Under the pieces are notes generated by a model. That model was not told where the DNA came from, ran no database searches, and was given only the letters and a program-made list of their open reading frames with translations. A stretch of 64,000 nucleotides of DNA from Thermoanaerobaculia bacterium (GTDB lineage: Bacteria > Acidobacteriota > Thermoanaerobaculia > Multivoradales > UBA5704): assembly GCA_036002325.1 (NCBI GenBank), contig DASYTJ010000038.1, positions 10,665 to 74,664 of the forward strand. The letters are read 5' to 3'. The number at the start of each line of letters is the position of its first letter. The first letter of the stretch is position 1. Of this stretch, positions 30,042 to 38,971 are shown piece after piece. The translations under genes and the position numbers were made by a program.

Positions 30042-32852
30042 ATGAAATCTAAGTGTGTGTCCTTGATCATCCTGTCCTACATTCTTCCCCAGCTTGCAGC
30101 GTTAGCGACGAGCGCTCCAAGCAACTTGGCGGCAACCGGAGTGTCGAGCAGTCAAGTCAATCTGACCTGGACGGATAATTCGTCCAGCGAAACCGGCTTC
30201 ACTTTCGCCTTCGATACGAACAGCGGACTGACGAGCCCGACGTACACCTACGCGGGCGGAGTCAACACCACCAGCTACTCCCATACGGGACGAAATGCGG
30301 CAACGACGTATTATTACAAGATCAAGGCTGAAGGAAACCCGGACTCCGCGTGGTCCACGGTGGACAGCGCCACCACGGCGCCTGCCAACCTGGCGGCCAC
30401 GGCCACTTCCAACAGCGCGATCAATCTCACCTGGTCCGGCAACGGAAGCAACGCAGCGATTACCGGCTATACCTACGGCTACGCCGCCAACAGCTCCTTC
30501 ACCGGCGCGACGTATCATTACGTGGCGGGAAATGGGAGCACCAGCGCCTCACGAACGGGATTGGGTACGGCTACAACTTACTGGTTCAAGCTCAAGGCCG
30601 AAGGAACCTCAGACGCTTTGGACTCGCCCTACGGAACGGTCGTCAAGGCAACGACGACTCCCGCCGGCTTGGTGGCGAGCGTCGTCTCGAGCAGCCAGAT
30701 CAACCTCTCCTGGACGGGGAACTCCGGCAATTCGAATCTCATCGGCTATACGATCGCCTACGCCACTAACAGCTCGTTTTCGGGTGCGGTCTATCAGTAC
30801 GTTGCCGGAGCGGGCGCCACGAGCTACAGCAATACGGGCCTCTACGCGGGCACGACCTACTACTACAAAATCAAGGCGGAAGGCACGTCGGATTCGTATG
30901 ATTCCGCGTTCACCGCATTCATCTCTGCGACGACGACAGCGGCCGCGCCGAACCCTCCCAGCGGGCTGACCGCAGTGACGGCATCCAGCTCCCGGATCGA
31001 TCTGAGCTGGACGGATAATTCCAGCGACGAGACGGGGTTCGAAGTCAAGCGCGCCACGGACAGCGCCTTCACCCAGAACGTCGTCTGGATCGGCGGGATC
31101 CAGGGCACGACCTTCTCCAGCACCGGCTTGAGCGCCGCAACCACCTATTACTACAAGGTGAGGGCGCAAGGAGCGACGCAGAGCTCCGCTTACTCGGCCG
31201 CCGTCAGCGCGACTACGGACCCTTCCGGAGAGACGATTCCCAATGCGCCGAGCGGATTGGCGGCGACAGCGGTGTCCAGCACTCAGGTCAATCTGAGCTG
31301 GACGGATAACTCCAGCAATGAAACGGGATTTGAAATCAAACGCGCCACCGATAGCGCCTTCACCCAGAACGTGGTATGGATCGGCGGGATTCAAGGCTCC
31401 ACCTACGCCAATACCGGCTTGAGTCCCGCAACGACTTATCATTACAAGGTCCGGGCCGAGGGGACGGCAGGAAAGTCCGCATACTCGGCCGCGGTGAGCG
31501 TGGCGACCAGCGGTTCTTCCGTTTCCTCAGGCACACCGATCTCGCCCCATTTCGCGGGCATCAACGCCTGGATGCCCTATCAGATCGGACCCCATGTCTA
31601 CAACGGGAAGTTGGAGTCGAAATGGGCGGAGGTGCAGGCGAGCGGCGTGCAAATCATGAGGTATGGAGGCAATGGCGTCGATCACTATGCGGACCCGACC
31701 TGGGTGGAGACCATGGATCAGTACGTGGTGCTGGCCGACGCCATGAGGAGCAGGGGGATCGAGCCGGTGCTGCAGGTCCCCGTGTATGGGGATGCCTTCA
31801 GTGCGTCCCAGGCCGCGGATATCGTCAGACACGTCAACATCGACAACGCCCGGGCGGTGAAGTATTGGAGCATCGGCAATGAGCCTGATCTGACCAGCGG
31901 CGTCTATCAGATGACGACCGCGGCTCAGGTAGCATCCTACTTCAAGCCCTTCGCCTCGGCCATGAAGGCGGTTGACCCCAGCATCAAGATCATCGGCCCC
32001 GACACCGCGTGGTATCACGAGAGCATCATCGACGGATTGACGAGCTGTGACGGAAGTGCGGACGACATTACGGGCACGGACGGCAACGGCAACTTCTACG
32101 TGGATATCCTTTCGTTCCACATCTATGGGTTCGACGGCTCGCAAAGCACCCGGTCGCAAGTGATCTCGAAGCTCACGGCAGCGGGCGGTTTCAATGACGA
32201 TCTCGGCACCCTGAATGCGCGAGTGGCCGTCTGTAACAGCTATTATGGAAGGACCGGCGGCAACGCTCTCAAGGTGGCCGTCACCGAGGCGAACGTCGAT
32301 TATGAGAACCCTGCGGGGGACGGCGTCACCGGCCTGGGAGCGAAGAGCTTCATCGGTGGGCAGTTCTGGGCCGAATTGATGGGCATCGCCATGCAGCGGG
32401 GAGTCGACTTCGTCACCTTCTGGAGCACGATCGAAGGGGACGAGCTCGGTTATCTCAGCGGCGATGGCAGCACCAAGCGGCCCTCCTACTATCATTTCCA
32501 GATGATGGCTCAGAACTTCAGAGGGAACTCGGTTGCGGCGACGGACAACAGCCAACCTAATGTGAAGACATTCGGCGCCCAAGACGTCGACCAGATCGCC
32601 GTGATGATCATGAACCAGGACTCGGCGAATGGCTTCGATTATAGCGTTCGGCTGGACACCGGCACCGTATCCGGCATCAATCCCCTGAAGATCAATATCG
32701 ATGCGGGCGTCGCCGTTCAGTACAATGGGACGATCTCCACCGAATCGAGCATCGTGCTGATCTTCGACGCCTCCGGGGCCTTCAAAAAGAAGATCGAATA
32801 CAAGCGCAGCGGCCATGCGGACCTGAATCTGCCGCCGACGGTAACACCCTAA
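30042..32852 (+). CDS. secreted protein with 5 tandem fibronectin type III domains and a C-terminal clan GH-A (TIM-barrel) glycoside hydrolase domain
   Basis: Signal peptide (MKSKCVSLIILSYILPQLAALA). Five repeats of ...INLSWTDNSS.ETGF...YYYK(V/I)(K/R)A... Catalytic-type motifs WSIGNEPD (acid/base) and VAVTEANV (nucleophile). The gene is markedly lower in GC than its surroundings. Start set at ATG 30042 with a GGAGTGAG SD. Confidence 0.75.
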   Translation: MKSKCVSLIILSYILPQLAALATSAPSNLAATGVSSSQVNLTWTDNSSSETGFTFAFDTNSGLTSPTYTYAGGVNTTSYSHTGRNAATTYYYKIKAEGNPDSAWSTVDSATTAPANLAATATSNSAINLTWSGNGSNAAITGYTYGYAANSSFTGATYHYVAGNGSTSASRTGLGTATTYWFKLKAEGTSDALDSPYGTVVKATTTPAGLVASVVSSSQINLSWTGNSGNSNLIGYTIAYATNSSFSGAVYQYVAGAGATSYSNTGLYAGTTYYYKIKAEGTSDSYDSAFTAFISATTTAAAPNPPSGLTAVTASSSRIDLSWTDNSSDETGFEVKRATDSAFTQNVVWIGGIQGTTFSSTGLSAATTYYYKVRAQGATQSSAYSAAVSATTDPSGETIPNAPSGLAATAVSSTQVNLSWTDNSSNETGFEIKRATDSAFTQNVVWIGGIQGSTYANTGLSPATTYHYKVRAEGTAGKSAYSAAVSVATSGSSVSSGTPISPHFAGINAWMPYQIGPHVYNGKLESKWAEVQASGVQIMRYGGNGVDHYADPTWVETMDQYVVLADAMRSRGIEPVLQVPVYGDAFSASQAADIVRHVNIDNARAVKYWSIGNEPDLTSGVYQMTTAAQVASYFKPFASAMKAVDPSIKIIGPDTAWYHESIIDGLTSCDGSADDITGTDGNGNFYVDILSFHIYGFDGSQSTRSQVISKLTAAGGFNDDLGTLNARVAVCNSYYGRTGGNALKVAVTEANVDYENPAGDGVTGLGAKSFIGGQFWAELMGIAMQRGVDFVTFWSTIEGDELGYLSGDGSTKRPSYYHFQMMAQNFRGNSVAATDNSQPNVKTFGAQDVDQIAVMIMNQDSANGFDYSVRLDTGTVSGINPLKINIDAGVAVQYNGTISTESSIVLIFDASGAFKKKIEYKRSGHADLNLPPTVTP

Positions 32853-32867
32853 CGAACGATCGAGGGG

Positions 32868-32909
32868 GACAGCCGCTGGTGTGCAGGGGGGCGCAGCAAG
32901 CTGCGCCCC
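32868..32909. repeat. direct repeat 2 (CCGCTGGTGT + hairpin GGGGCGCAG-CAAG-CTGCGCCCC); terminator between convergent FN3-GH and HAF genes
   Basis: Perfect 9-bp stem with a 4-nt loop. Same prefix motif as 29772-29806. Confidence 0.55.
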
Positions 32910-32946
32910 GTCAGATTCCTCGCGGCCGGCGAGGAACGTCCTTTCC

Positions 32947-34101
32947 CTACGGCACCGGCGTCGCCAAAAACGCCGGCCGCTCGCCGGTGGCCGGATCGAA
33001 GGCCCGGCCGGTGATCTCGCCGCGGTCGTTGATGTCCTGCGCCGTGGTGAGCACGCCGGTATAGCCGGGCGCGACGAGCGCGTTGAGGTCCCGTATGAGG
33101 CCGTCCTGCCAGAGGAAGGCCCGGCAGGCGCCGCCCGCGTCGCAGGAGATGCCCACTACCTGGCCGCGGTCGTTGATGCCGTGCGCCTCGCTGTATACGT
33201 CGCCCGGCAGCGTGCCGAGATTCTGGATGCCGTCGCGCCGGGTCCACAGGAAAGCCCGGAGCTGGGGATTATCCGGATCGTCGCCGGGCTGACTGAGAAA
33301 GCCCACGACGTCACCCCGTTGATTGATGGCCGTCGGCGTGTTCCAGGTGTCGCCTCCGATATTGCCGAGGTCGATCACCGTGCCCTTCTCCCAGAGCACG
33401 GCGTGAGCGGCGGTGAAGCGGCCCACCGCCTGGTCGCAGGTGCCGGAGATGCCGACGATCTGGCCCTTGTCGTTGATCGCGGTGGCGGCGCCGGACGTGT
33501 CGCCCGGCAGCGGCGGCAGCTCGTGGATCTGGTCCGTTCGCGGCTCCCACACCACGGCCCGGAACTGCAGCACCTGGGGCGGCACGCAGGTCGAATCGTG
33601 CACCATGTTCTCCGCCCAGCCGACCACCTGGCCGCGGTTGTTGGCGCCGGCGGCGTAGCCATTGTTGCCCCCCAGCGTGGGCAGCGCCCGCATCACGCCC
33701 CCTTCCCAAACGAAACCGAGGCAGATGTGGCCGGTGGCGGTGGCCGGAGGGAAGAATGCCGAGCAGCTCCAGTTTTCACCCAGCGGATCGGGATCGGCCG
33801 TCTGGGAGATTCCCGCCAGCAGGCCGCGGTTGTTCTTCACCGGCCAGGCCACGCTGCTGTTGGGGCCGCCCAGGGTGCCGAGATCGAGCGCCTCGCCGTC
33901 CCGCCACAGCGTGGCGTGCCGGGTCAGGTTCCCCACCAGGTTGGAATAGCCTGAGACCCAGCCCCGATTGTTGATGCTGTTCCCCCGGCTCACCGCGCCG
34001 CCGAGCGAGGGGAGGTTGGTGACGTGGTACTCGCCGCCATAGGCGGCGCCGGCCAGCAACGCCGACGCGAGGATGACGATTCGTGCGCGCAGGGACTTCA
34101 T
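32947..34101 (-). CDS. secreted HAF-family extracellular repeat protein
   Basis: Signal peptide. Repeated units ending ...NN/INxRGQVVG... and HA(V/T)LW / RAFLW, typical of the HAF repeat family (TIGR03803-like). Start at ATG 34101. Confidence 0.65.
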   Translation of the reverse strand: MKSLRARIVILASALLAGAAYGGEYHVTNLPSLGGAVSRGNSINNRGWVSGYSNLVGNLTRHATLWRDGEALDLGTLGGPNSSVAWPVKNNRGLLAGISQTADPDPLGENWSCSAFFPPATATGHICLGFVWEGGVMRALPTLGGNNGYAAGANNRGQVVGWAENMVHDSTCVPPQVLQFRAVVWEPRTDQIHELPPLPGDTSGAATAINDKGQIVGISGTCDQAVGRFTAAHAVLWEKGTVIDLGNIGGDTWNTPTAINQRGDVVGFLSQPGDDPDNPQLRAFLWTRRDGIQNLGTLPGDVYSEAHGINDRGQVVGISCDAGGACRAFLWQDGLIRDLNALVAPGYTGVLTTAQDINDRGEITGRAFDPATGERPAFLATPVP

Positions 34102-34265
34102 GGTTGCCTCCTTCAGGCCGAACACTCTGCGACAGTGCGAGTGCACGGCTAAAACCCTACGAACCCCGCGCCTCGATTGCTCGCCATTTTCGGACGCTGA
34201 AACTGCGAAATTACGAGTCCGAATCCGGCGAGACGCCGGCCTGCCCGCGGGTGTAGGGTGGTGAC

Positions 34266-35726
34266 GTGCTCGAACCCATCGGCTTTCCTCCGACCCTGCC
34301 CGCCCACATCTGCCAGCGCGCCCTCGACGCGCGCGACCCCCGCTTCGACGGCCTCTTCTTCGTCGGCATCGTTACCACCCGCATCTACTGCCGGCCGACC
34401 TGCCCGTCGCGGCGGGCGGATCCCGATCACCGGCGCTTCTTCAACTCTCCCGCCGCCGCCGAGCGCGCGGGGTTCCGGCCCTGCCTACGCTGCCGACCGG
34501 AGCTGGCGCCGGGGCGGGCGCCCATCGATCCGGTGTCGCGCCTCGCCTACAAAGCCGCGCACCGCATCGCCGCCGGAGCGCTGAACGGCCGCAAGGTGGC
34601 CGATCTCGCCGCCGACCTGTGCGTCAGCGAGCGGCATCTCCGCCGCGCCCTGCAGCGTGAGATGGGCGTCTCGCCGGTCGAGCTGGCGCAGACCCACCGG
34701 CTGCTGCTCGCCAAACGCCTCCTCGCCGAGACCGCGCTCTCGGTGACCGATGTCGCCTTCGCCAGCGGCTTCGAGAGCCTGCGGCGCTTCAACTTCGCCT
34801 TTCACGAGCGCTACGGGATGAGCCCCAGCGCGCTGCGGCGGCCGGCGCCGGTGAACGATCTCCTGCGCCTGACGCTGGCCTACCGTCCGCCGCTTGCCTG
34901 GGAGGAGCTCATCAGCTTCCTGGGTCGCGAGGCCACGCCGGGCGTCGAGGCCGTGGCGGGCCGCCGTTACAGCCGTACGGTCCGGCTCGACGGGCGGAGT
35001 GGCGTCGTCGTCGCGGAGGACTCGCCGGCCGAAGCGCAGGTGACGGTCGACGTCTCCTCCTCGCTCCTGCCGGTGCTCATGCCCCTGCTCGCGCGCCTGC
35101 GGCAGCTCTTCGACCTCGACGCCCAGCCCACCGTGGTGGACGCCCATCTCGAACGGGGCGGGCTCGCTGCGCTCGTCCGCCGGCGGCGCGGCGTGCGCCT
35201 CCCCGGCGCGCTCGACGGCTTCGAGGTCGGCCTCCACGCCCTGCTCAGCGGCGGTGCGTCATCGGCAGCGGAGGCGCGCGAGCTGGCCGGCCGCATCGCG
35301 GCCGCCCTGGGGGAACCGCTCGACACCGGCGTTCCGGGTCTCGACCGGCTGGCCCCGAGCGCCGAACACGTGGCCGAGGCCGGAGCGCCGGGGCTGGCCG
35401 CGTGCGGCGTACCGTCACCGTGCGCGGAGATCCTCACGGCCTTCGCCCGGGCCGTCGCCGGCGGAGCGCTGCCTCTCGAGCCGGGGAACGACGTGGCCGA
35501 GACGCATCGCGCACTGATGGAGGTCGCCGGCATGGATGAAGCCCTGGCGACCACGATCGTGATGCGCGCGCTTTACTGGCCCGATGCCTTCCCCTGGACC
35601 GACCCCGGCCTCCTCAGCGCGGCGGGAGCTCCCAGCCCCCGCGCTCTCCGCACCCGAGCGGAGAAGTGGCGCCCCTGGCGCGCCTATGCGGCGCTCCACC
35701 TCTGGCTACGGCAGGAAGAGGTCTGA
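34266..35726 (+). CDS. Ada-type regulatory domain (Zn-binding + AraC HTH) fused to AlkA-like DNA-3-methyladenine glycosylase II (HhH-GPD)
   Basis: N-terminal CQRALDARDPRFDGLFFVGIVTTRIYCRPTCPSR...CLRC (Ada Zn domain), AraC-type HTH (HLRRALQREMGVSPVELAQTHRLLLAKRLL), C-terminal AlkA N-domain plus HhH-GPD region. Confidence 0.8.
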   Translation: MLEPIGFPPTLPAHICQRALDARDPRFDGLFFVGIVTTRIYCRPTCPSRRADPDHRRFFNSPAAAERAGFRPCLRCRPELAPGRAPIDPVSRLAYKAAHRIAAGALNGRKVADLAADLCVSERHLRRALQREMGVSPVELAQTHRLLLAKRLLAETALSVTDVAFASGFESLRRFNFAFHERYGMSPSALRRPAPVNDLLRLTLAYRPPLAWEELISFLGREATPGVEAVAGRRYSRTVRLDGRSGVVVAEDSPAEAQVTVDVSSSLLPVLMPLLARLRQLFDLDAQPTVVDAHLERGGLAALVRRRRGVRLPGALDGFEVGLHALLSGGASSAAEARELAGRIAAALGEPLDTGVPGLDRLAPSAEHVAEAGAPGLAACGVPSPCAEILTAFARAVAGGALPLEPGNDVAETHRALMEVAGMDEALATTIVMRALYWPDAFPWTDPGLLSAAGAPSPRALRTRAEKWRPWRAYAALHLWLRQEEV

Positions 35727-35790
35727 TCCTTTCTTTCCTTAAAATTTTGGGTCTTCCGCAGAATCTGTGGGTCGACAGCGTTGGGTCGGT

Positions 35791-35811
35791 GGGGCGTCTG
35801 GCAACGCCCCC
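35791..35811 (+). terminator. hairpin GGGGCGTCTGGCAACGCCCC downstream of the Ada-AlkA gene
   Basis: 7-bp GC stem read directly. Confidence 0.35.
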
Positions 35812-35919
35812 GCCATTGCGCCTTCTTCAATCAGCGATGGGTGGTGCGTCGCAAGCGGCGGGGCGCCGAAGCCCAACGGCTCCGACTTGATTATCTTTCT
35901 TACGATGATGAAAAAATAA

Positions 35920-36228
35920 CTCCTTCTTCGTCGGCGCCCTGGCGGAGCAGAAGCACACATCCGTTTCGAGACGGACATCGATCTTGCCCTCGGCGAGGTC
36001 GTAGTGGATCCGCTGCGGCTCAGGCAGGTCCTCTACAACTATCTTTCGAACGCCCTGAAGTTCACCCCTGCCGAGGGCCGCGTAACGGTGCGTGCCCGCG
36101 TCGAGGGCGAGCGGCACTTCCGGCTCGAAGTGGAGGATACGGGGATCGGCATCCGGCCGGAGGACATCGGCCGTCTCTTCGCGGACTTCGAGCAGCTCGA
36201 AACGGGCAGCACGAAGAAGCAGGCGGGG
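35920..36228 (+). pseudogene. histidine kinase fragment (end of HisKA/start of HATPase_c: D-box/N-box/G1), truncated at both ends
   Basis: In-frame translation ...DPLRLRQVLYNYLSNALKFTPAEGRVTVRA...LEVEDTGIGIRPEDIGRLFADFEQLETGSTKKQAGT breaks exactly where GLGLAI should follow. A stop codon lies just upstream at ~35917 and there is no sensor/H-box. Confidence 0.5.
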
Positions 36229-36289
36229 ACGGTCAGGGGAGTACCTTCTTCGCCGTTCTCCCCCGCGTGGCCGGGGAAGCTCCTACGAT

Positions 36290-36450
36290 TTCTAGAACCT
36301 CAAGCTGAGGTCAAGCCCGAAAATGTTGGCGGTGTAGTCGCCGACGTCCGCGTTGAGGAGCATGGCGCCCGGCAGGTAGTTCTGCAGGCCCTGGAGGATG
36401 AAGCTGTCGATGGCGTAGTCCTCGCAGCGGTAGAAGAGGCCGGCCGTGGC
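36290..36450 (-). pseudogene. possible C-terminal remnant of an outer-membrane beta-barrel protein (ends ...DYTANIFGLDLSLRF-stop)
   Basis: ~50 codons without a start, terminal Phe and alternating hydrophobic pattern. Weak. Confidence 0.25.
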
Positions 36451-36526
36451 TCACGGGTGTGGGTCCTGGACGCACCGTCCAGATTCAGGATGGATCCTTC
36501 TGCGGACGATCCAGCTCGAAGGCTAA

Positions 36527-37432
36527 ATGACTGATTCTTCGTGGCAACTCTCCACGGCCCCGGTGGCGCGGGGCTTGCTCTTTCCGAGGCCAGAGACGCG
36601 AAGCCGGAAAGCCGTTCATGCCGGGACCTCGCGCGGAAAGGCCCGGGCCATGCGCCAGGAACGACAGAGTCCTGCTGTCCATCGATCCTCCGGAGGAGCG
36701 CGCATCCTGCGCCGGCATCCGTGGCTCCTCGGGTACCTGCACGTGGCTGGCTTCGCCACCCTGCTGGCTCTGGGCTTGGTGGTCGAGCGCGCGGAGTCGG
36801 CGGCCGATCACTTGCTCTCCTGGCGCGCGCGAGCTGTGAGAGTCACCAGCCTGCTCGGCCACCTGCGCTGGCAGCTCAGCGAGCTCGAGAACGCGGAGCG
36901 CGGATTCATCATCACCGGCGATCCGCGGTGGGTCGACCGCTGCCGCGGTGGCGTGGAGACGGTTCAGCAGGATCTGATGCTGCTGCGGCTGCTGGTCGTG
37001 GATGGCGGGCAGCGGCTTCGCCTGGACCGGCTGCAACCCCTCATCGCCGCCCGTCTCGCCTACCTCGGGGAAACTCTCGATGTCCGCCGGCGAGAGGGCA
37101 GGGGAGCGGCGGGCTCGGCGATCGTTAGCGGCCGTGACGAGGCACTCAGGGACGAGATCCACCGCCGGATCTCGACCCTGCTCAAAGGCCAGGAGCGCCT
37201 GCTCGCCTACGGCGACGCGCGCCTGCGGACGCGCGTCATGCAGGCGCGCTGGTGGCTGCTGGTGGGATTGCTGTGGAGCGTCCCACCGCTGGCGCTGCTG
37301 GTTCGCTGGTCGCGGCGCCAGGTCCGGCATTGGAAGGAGATGGTCGACTTCCAACAGGCGAACGGCAGGGGAGCACACGGCGGCTTAGCCGGTTGTCACG
37401 TCTTGGATGGACGCCCTCACATGGATAGGTGA
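36527..37432 (+). CDS. CHASE3-type periplasmic sensor domain protein lacking any transmitter (truncated sensor kinase N-terminus)
   Basis: TM1 (HPWLLGYLHVAGFATLLALGLVV), periplasmic region with ENAERGFIITGDPRW (CHASE3-like ERG(Y/F)L(L/I)TGD motif), TM2 (WWLLVGLLWSVPPLALLV), then stop. Real start possibly ATG 36650. Confidence 0.6.
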   Translation: MTDSSWQLSTAPVARGLLFPRPETRSRKAVHAGTSRGKARAMRQERQSPAVHRSSGGARILRRHPWLLGYLHVAGFATLLALGLVVERAESAADHLLSWRARAVRVTSLLGHLRWQLSELENAERGFIITGDPRWVDRCRGGVETVQQDLMLLRLLVVDGGQRLRLDRLQPLIAARLAYLGETLDVRRREGRGAAGSAIVSGRDEALRDEIHRRISTLLKGQERLLAYGDARLRTRVMQARWWLLVGLLWSVPPLALLVRWSRRQVRHWKEMVDFQQANGRGAHGGLAGCHVLDGRPHMDR

Positions 37433-37443
37433 CGGGCGCCGGG

Positions 37444-38958
37444 CTATGTCGCATCCGGCGGCTGGAGCAGCCGCAGTACGCCCAGCAGAGTCTGGGGCTC
37501 ATGCTGCGTGCTGCGCCACCGCCGGGTGGCGAGGACCAGGTCTTGGACCTGCCCGCCTGCCGCCTTGCCGCCGGCCACCAGCACGCCCGCGGCACCATCG
37601 GGGCCGCCGGTCTCCAGCCGTTGCACCATCGCGCGCATGAGCTCGAAGCCTGCGACGCTGCGCACCCAGATGAGCATCCCGGCGCAGTAGGCCACGGCGG
37701 CGCTGATCTGTGGCGACAGCGGCCCGGCGAGCACCTGCACGTGCAGGGAGAGCCGGCCGCGCCGGCTCTGAAAAGTGGCGCTGCCGGCCCGCTGTTGCTC
37801 GACCTGCTGCGCCAGGCGGCGCAGCTCCTCGTTCTGGCGAAATCCCGGCGCCTCGGTCAGCAGCCGGCGGAGCGAGGGCCAGACATCCGGCTCCACCAGC
37901 AGCAGGTAGGGCAGGACGGAGCCGGAGAATCCCGCCTGCCCGGCCGCCTCGATCAGGTCCTCCACGGCGAGGTCGAGGAAGATGGCACTGGAAATCTCGC
38001 GGGTGTTCTGCAGCTCCGTCTCGGTCTCGGGCGTCTGCATGGCGATGGCGCCGTGCTCCACCAACAGGGCTACCGCGAGACGGGTGGAGGTCGGCGCTTC
38101 CGCCTCGTCGGCGATCATGTCAAAGAGCCGCACTCCCGGTTGCTGGAGCACACGGTCGAAGATCCGCCGCAGCGGCAGGCCGTGAAACTCCTCGTCCAGC
38201 GCCGGGAGCTGCGGAGTGAGGGCGTGCAGCGGCTGGCCGGTGGCGGGAAGCCGGTGCCGCCGCTTGCCGAGCTCGTCCTTGAGCCAGGCGGCGTCCAGGA
38301 TCACCTCCTGGAGGTGCAGGCCCACGGCGGCGCCGGACGGCGATTCGCCTCCGGACGGATGGGGATCGAAACGGAAGCTGCCCTCCTCGAGCGACAGAAG
38401 GGCGAGCAGCGCCTCGCGGCCGTGAAGCTTCAGCCAGCGGGCCTCGATCGCCTCGCCGTCGCGCATCTCGACGGAGCCCGACCCGGCCGGACTCTTCACC
38501 CGCAGGACGCCGTTCTTGCGCGCCTGCCCGAGGAACTGCAGCACTTCCCACGCGGGATGATTCGCGAGGTCCCCCTGCAGCTCCTGCAGAGCGGCGGTGC
38601 GAGCGGCAAGCAGGCGGTCCAGCCGCAACAGCAGCTCCTCCAGATCGCACGGCCGGGTGACGTAGTCGTCGACGCCGGCGCGCAGGGCGGCGACGCGGTC
38701 GGCCGCCTCGCCGCGGTCGGAGAGCATGAGGATGGGCACCGCCCGGGTTGCAGGCTGGCCGCGCAGGGCCTCGACTTCGCCCAGCCCGGCGTTCGTTGAT
38801 TCGCCCAGCACCACGAGGTCCATGTGCTCGTCCGCGGCCGTGACGGCGGCCCGCGCGCCATCCGCCAGCCGCCGCACCTCGTGGCCGGCCACGTGCAGCC
38901 GGTCGGCGAGCACGGCCGCGAACACGGAGTCGCTCTCGATCAGCAGGACTTTGGCCAC
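37444..38958 (-). CDS. response regulator: receiver domain + DUF4388 (PATAN-like) + ~280 aa uncharacterised C-terminal region
   Basis: KVLLIESDSVF...DLVVLGESTN...PILMLSDRGEAADRVAALRAGVDDYVTRP (REC), then ANHPAWEVLQFLGQARKNGVLRV (DUF4388 hallmark). Start placed at GTG 38958 so as not to overlap higA. Confidence 0.7.
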   Translation of the reverse strand: MAKVLLIESDSVFAAVLADRLHVAGHEVRRLADGARAAVTAADEHMDLVVLGESTNAGLGEVEALRGQPATRAVPILMLSDRGEAADRVAALRAGVDDYVTRPCDLEELLLRLDRLLAARTAALQELQGDLANHPAWEVLQFLGQARKNGVLRVKSPAGSGSVEMRDGEAIEARWLKLHGREALLALLSLEEGSFRFDPHPSGGESPSGAAVGLHLQEVILDAAWLKDELGKRRHRLPATGQPLHALTPQLPALDEEFHGLPLRRIFDRVLQQPGVRLFDMIADEAEAPTSTRLAVALLVEHGAIAMQTPETETELQNTREISSAIFLDLAVEDLIEAAGQAGFSGSVLPYLLLVEPDVWPSLRRLLTEAPGFRQNEELRRLAQQVEQQRAGSATFQSRRGRLSLHVQVLAGPLSPQISAAVAYCAGMLIWVRSVAGFELMRAMVQRLETGGPDGAAGVLVAGGKAAGGQVQDLVLATRRWRSTQHEPQTLLGVLRLLQPPDAT

Positions 38959-38971
38959 GCTGCTTCTCGCT

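Noticed and set aside
29772-32909. integron cassette / attC sites around the FN3-GH gene
   Set aside because: The flanking repeats are short simple hairpins (~35 bp) and lack the R''-L''/L'-R' structure of attC. No intI or attI nearby. Kept only as 'cassette-like' in findings.
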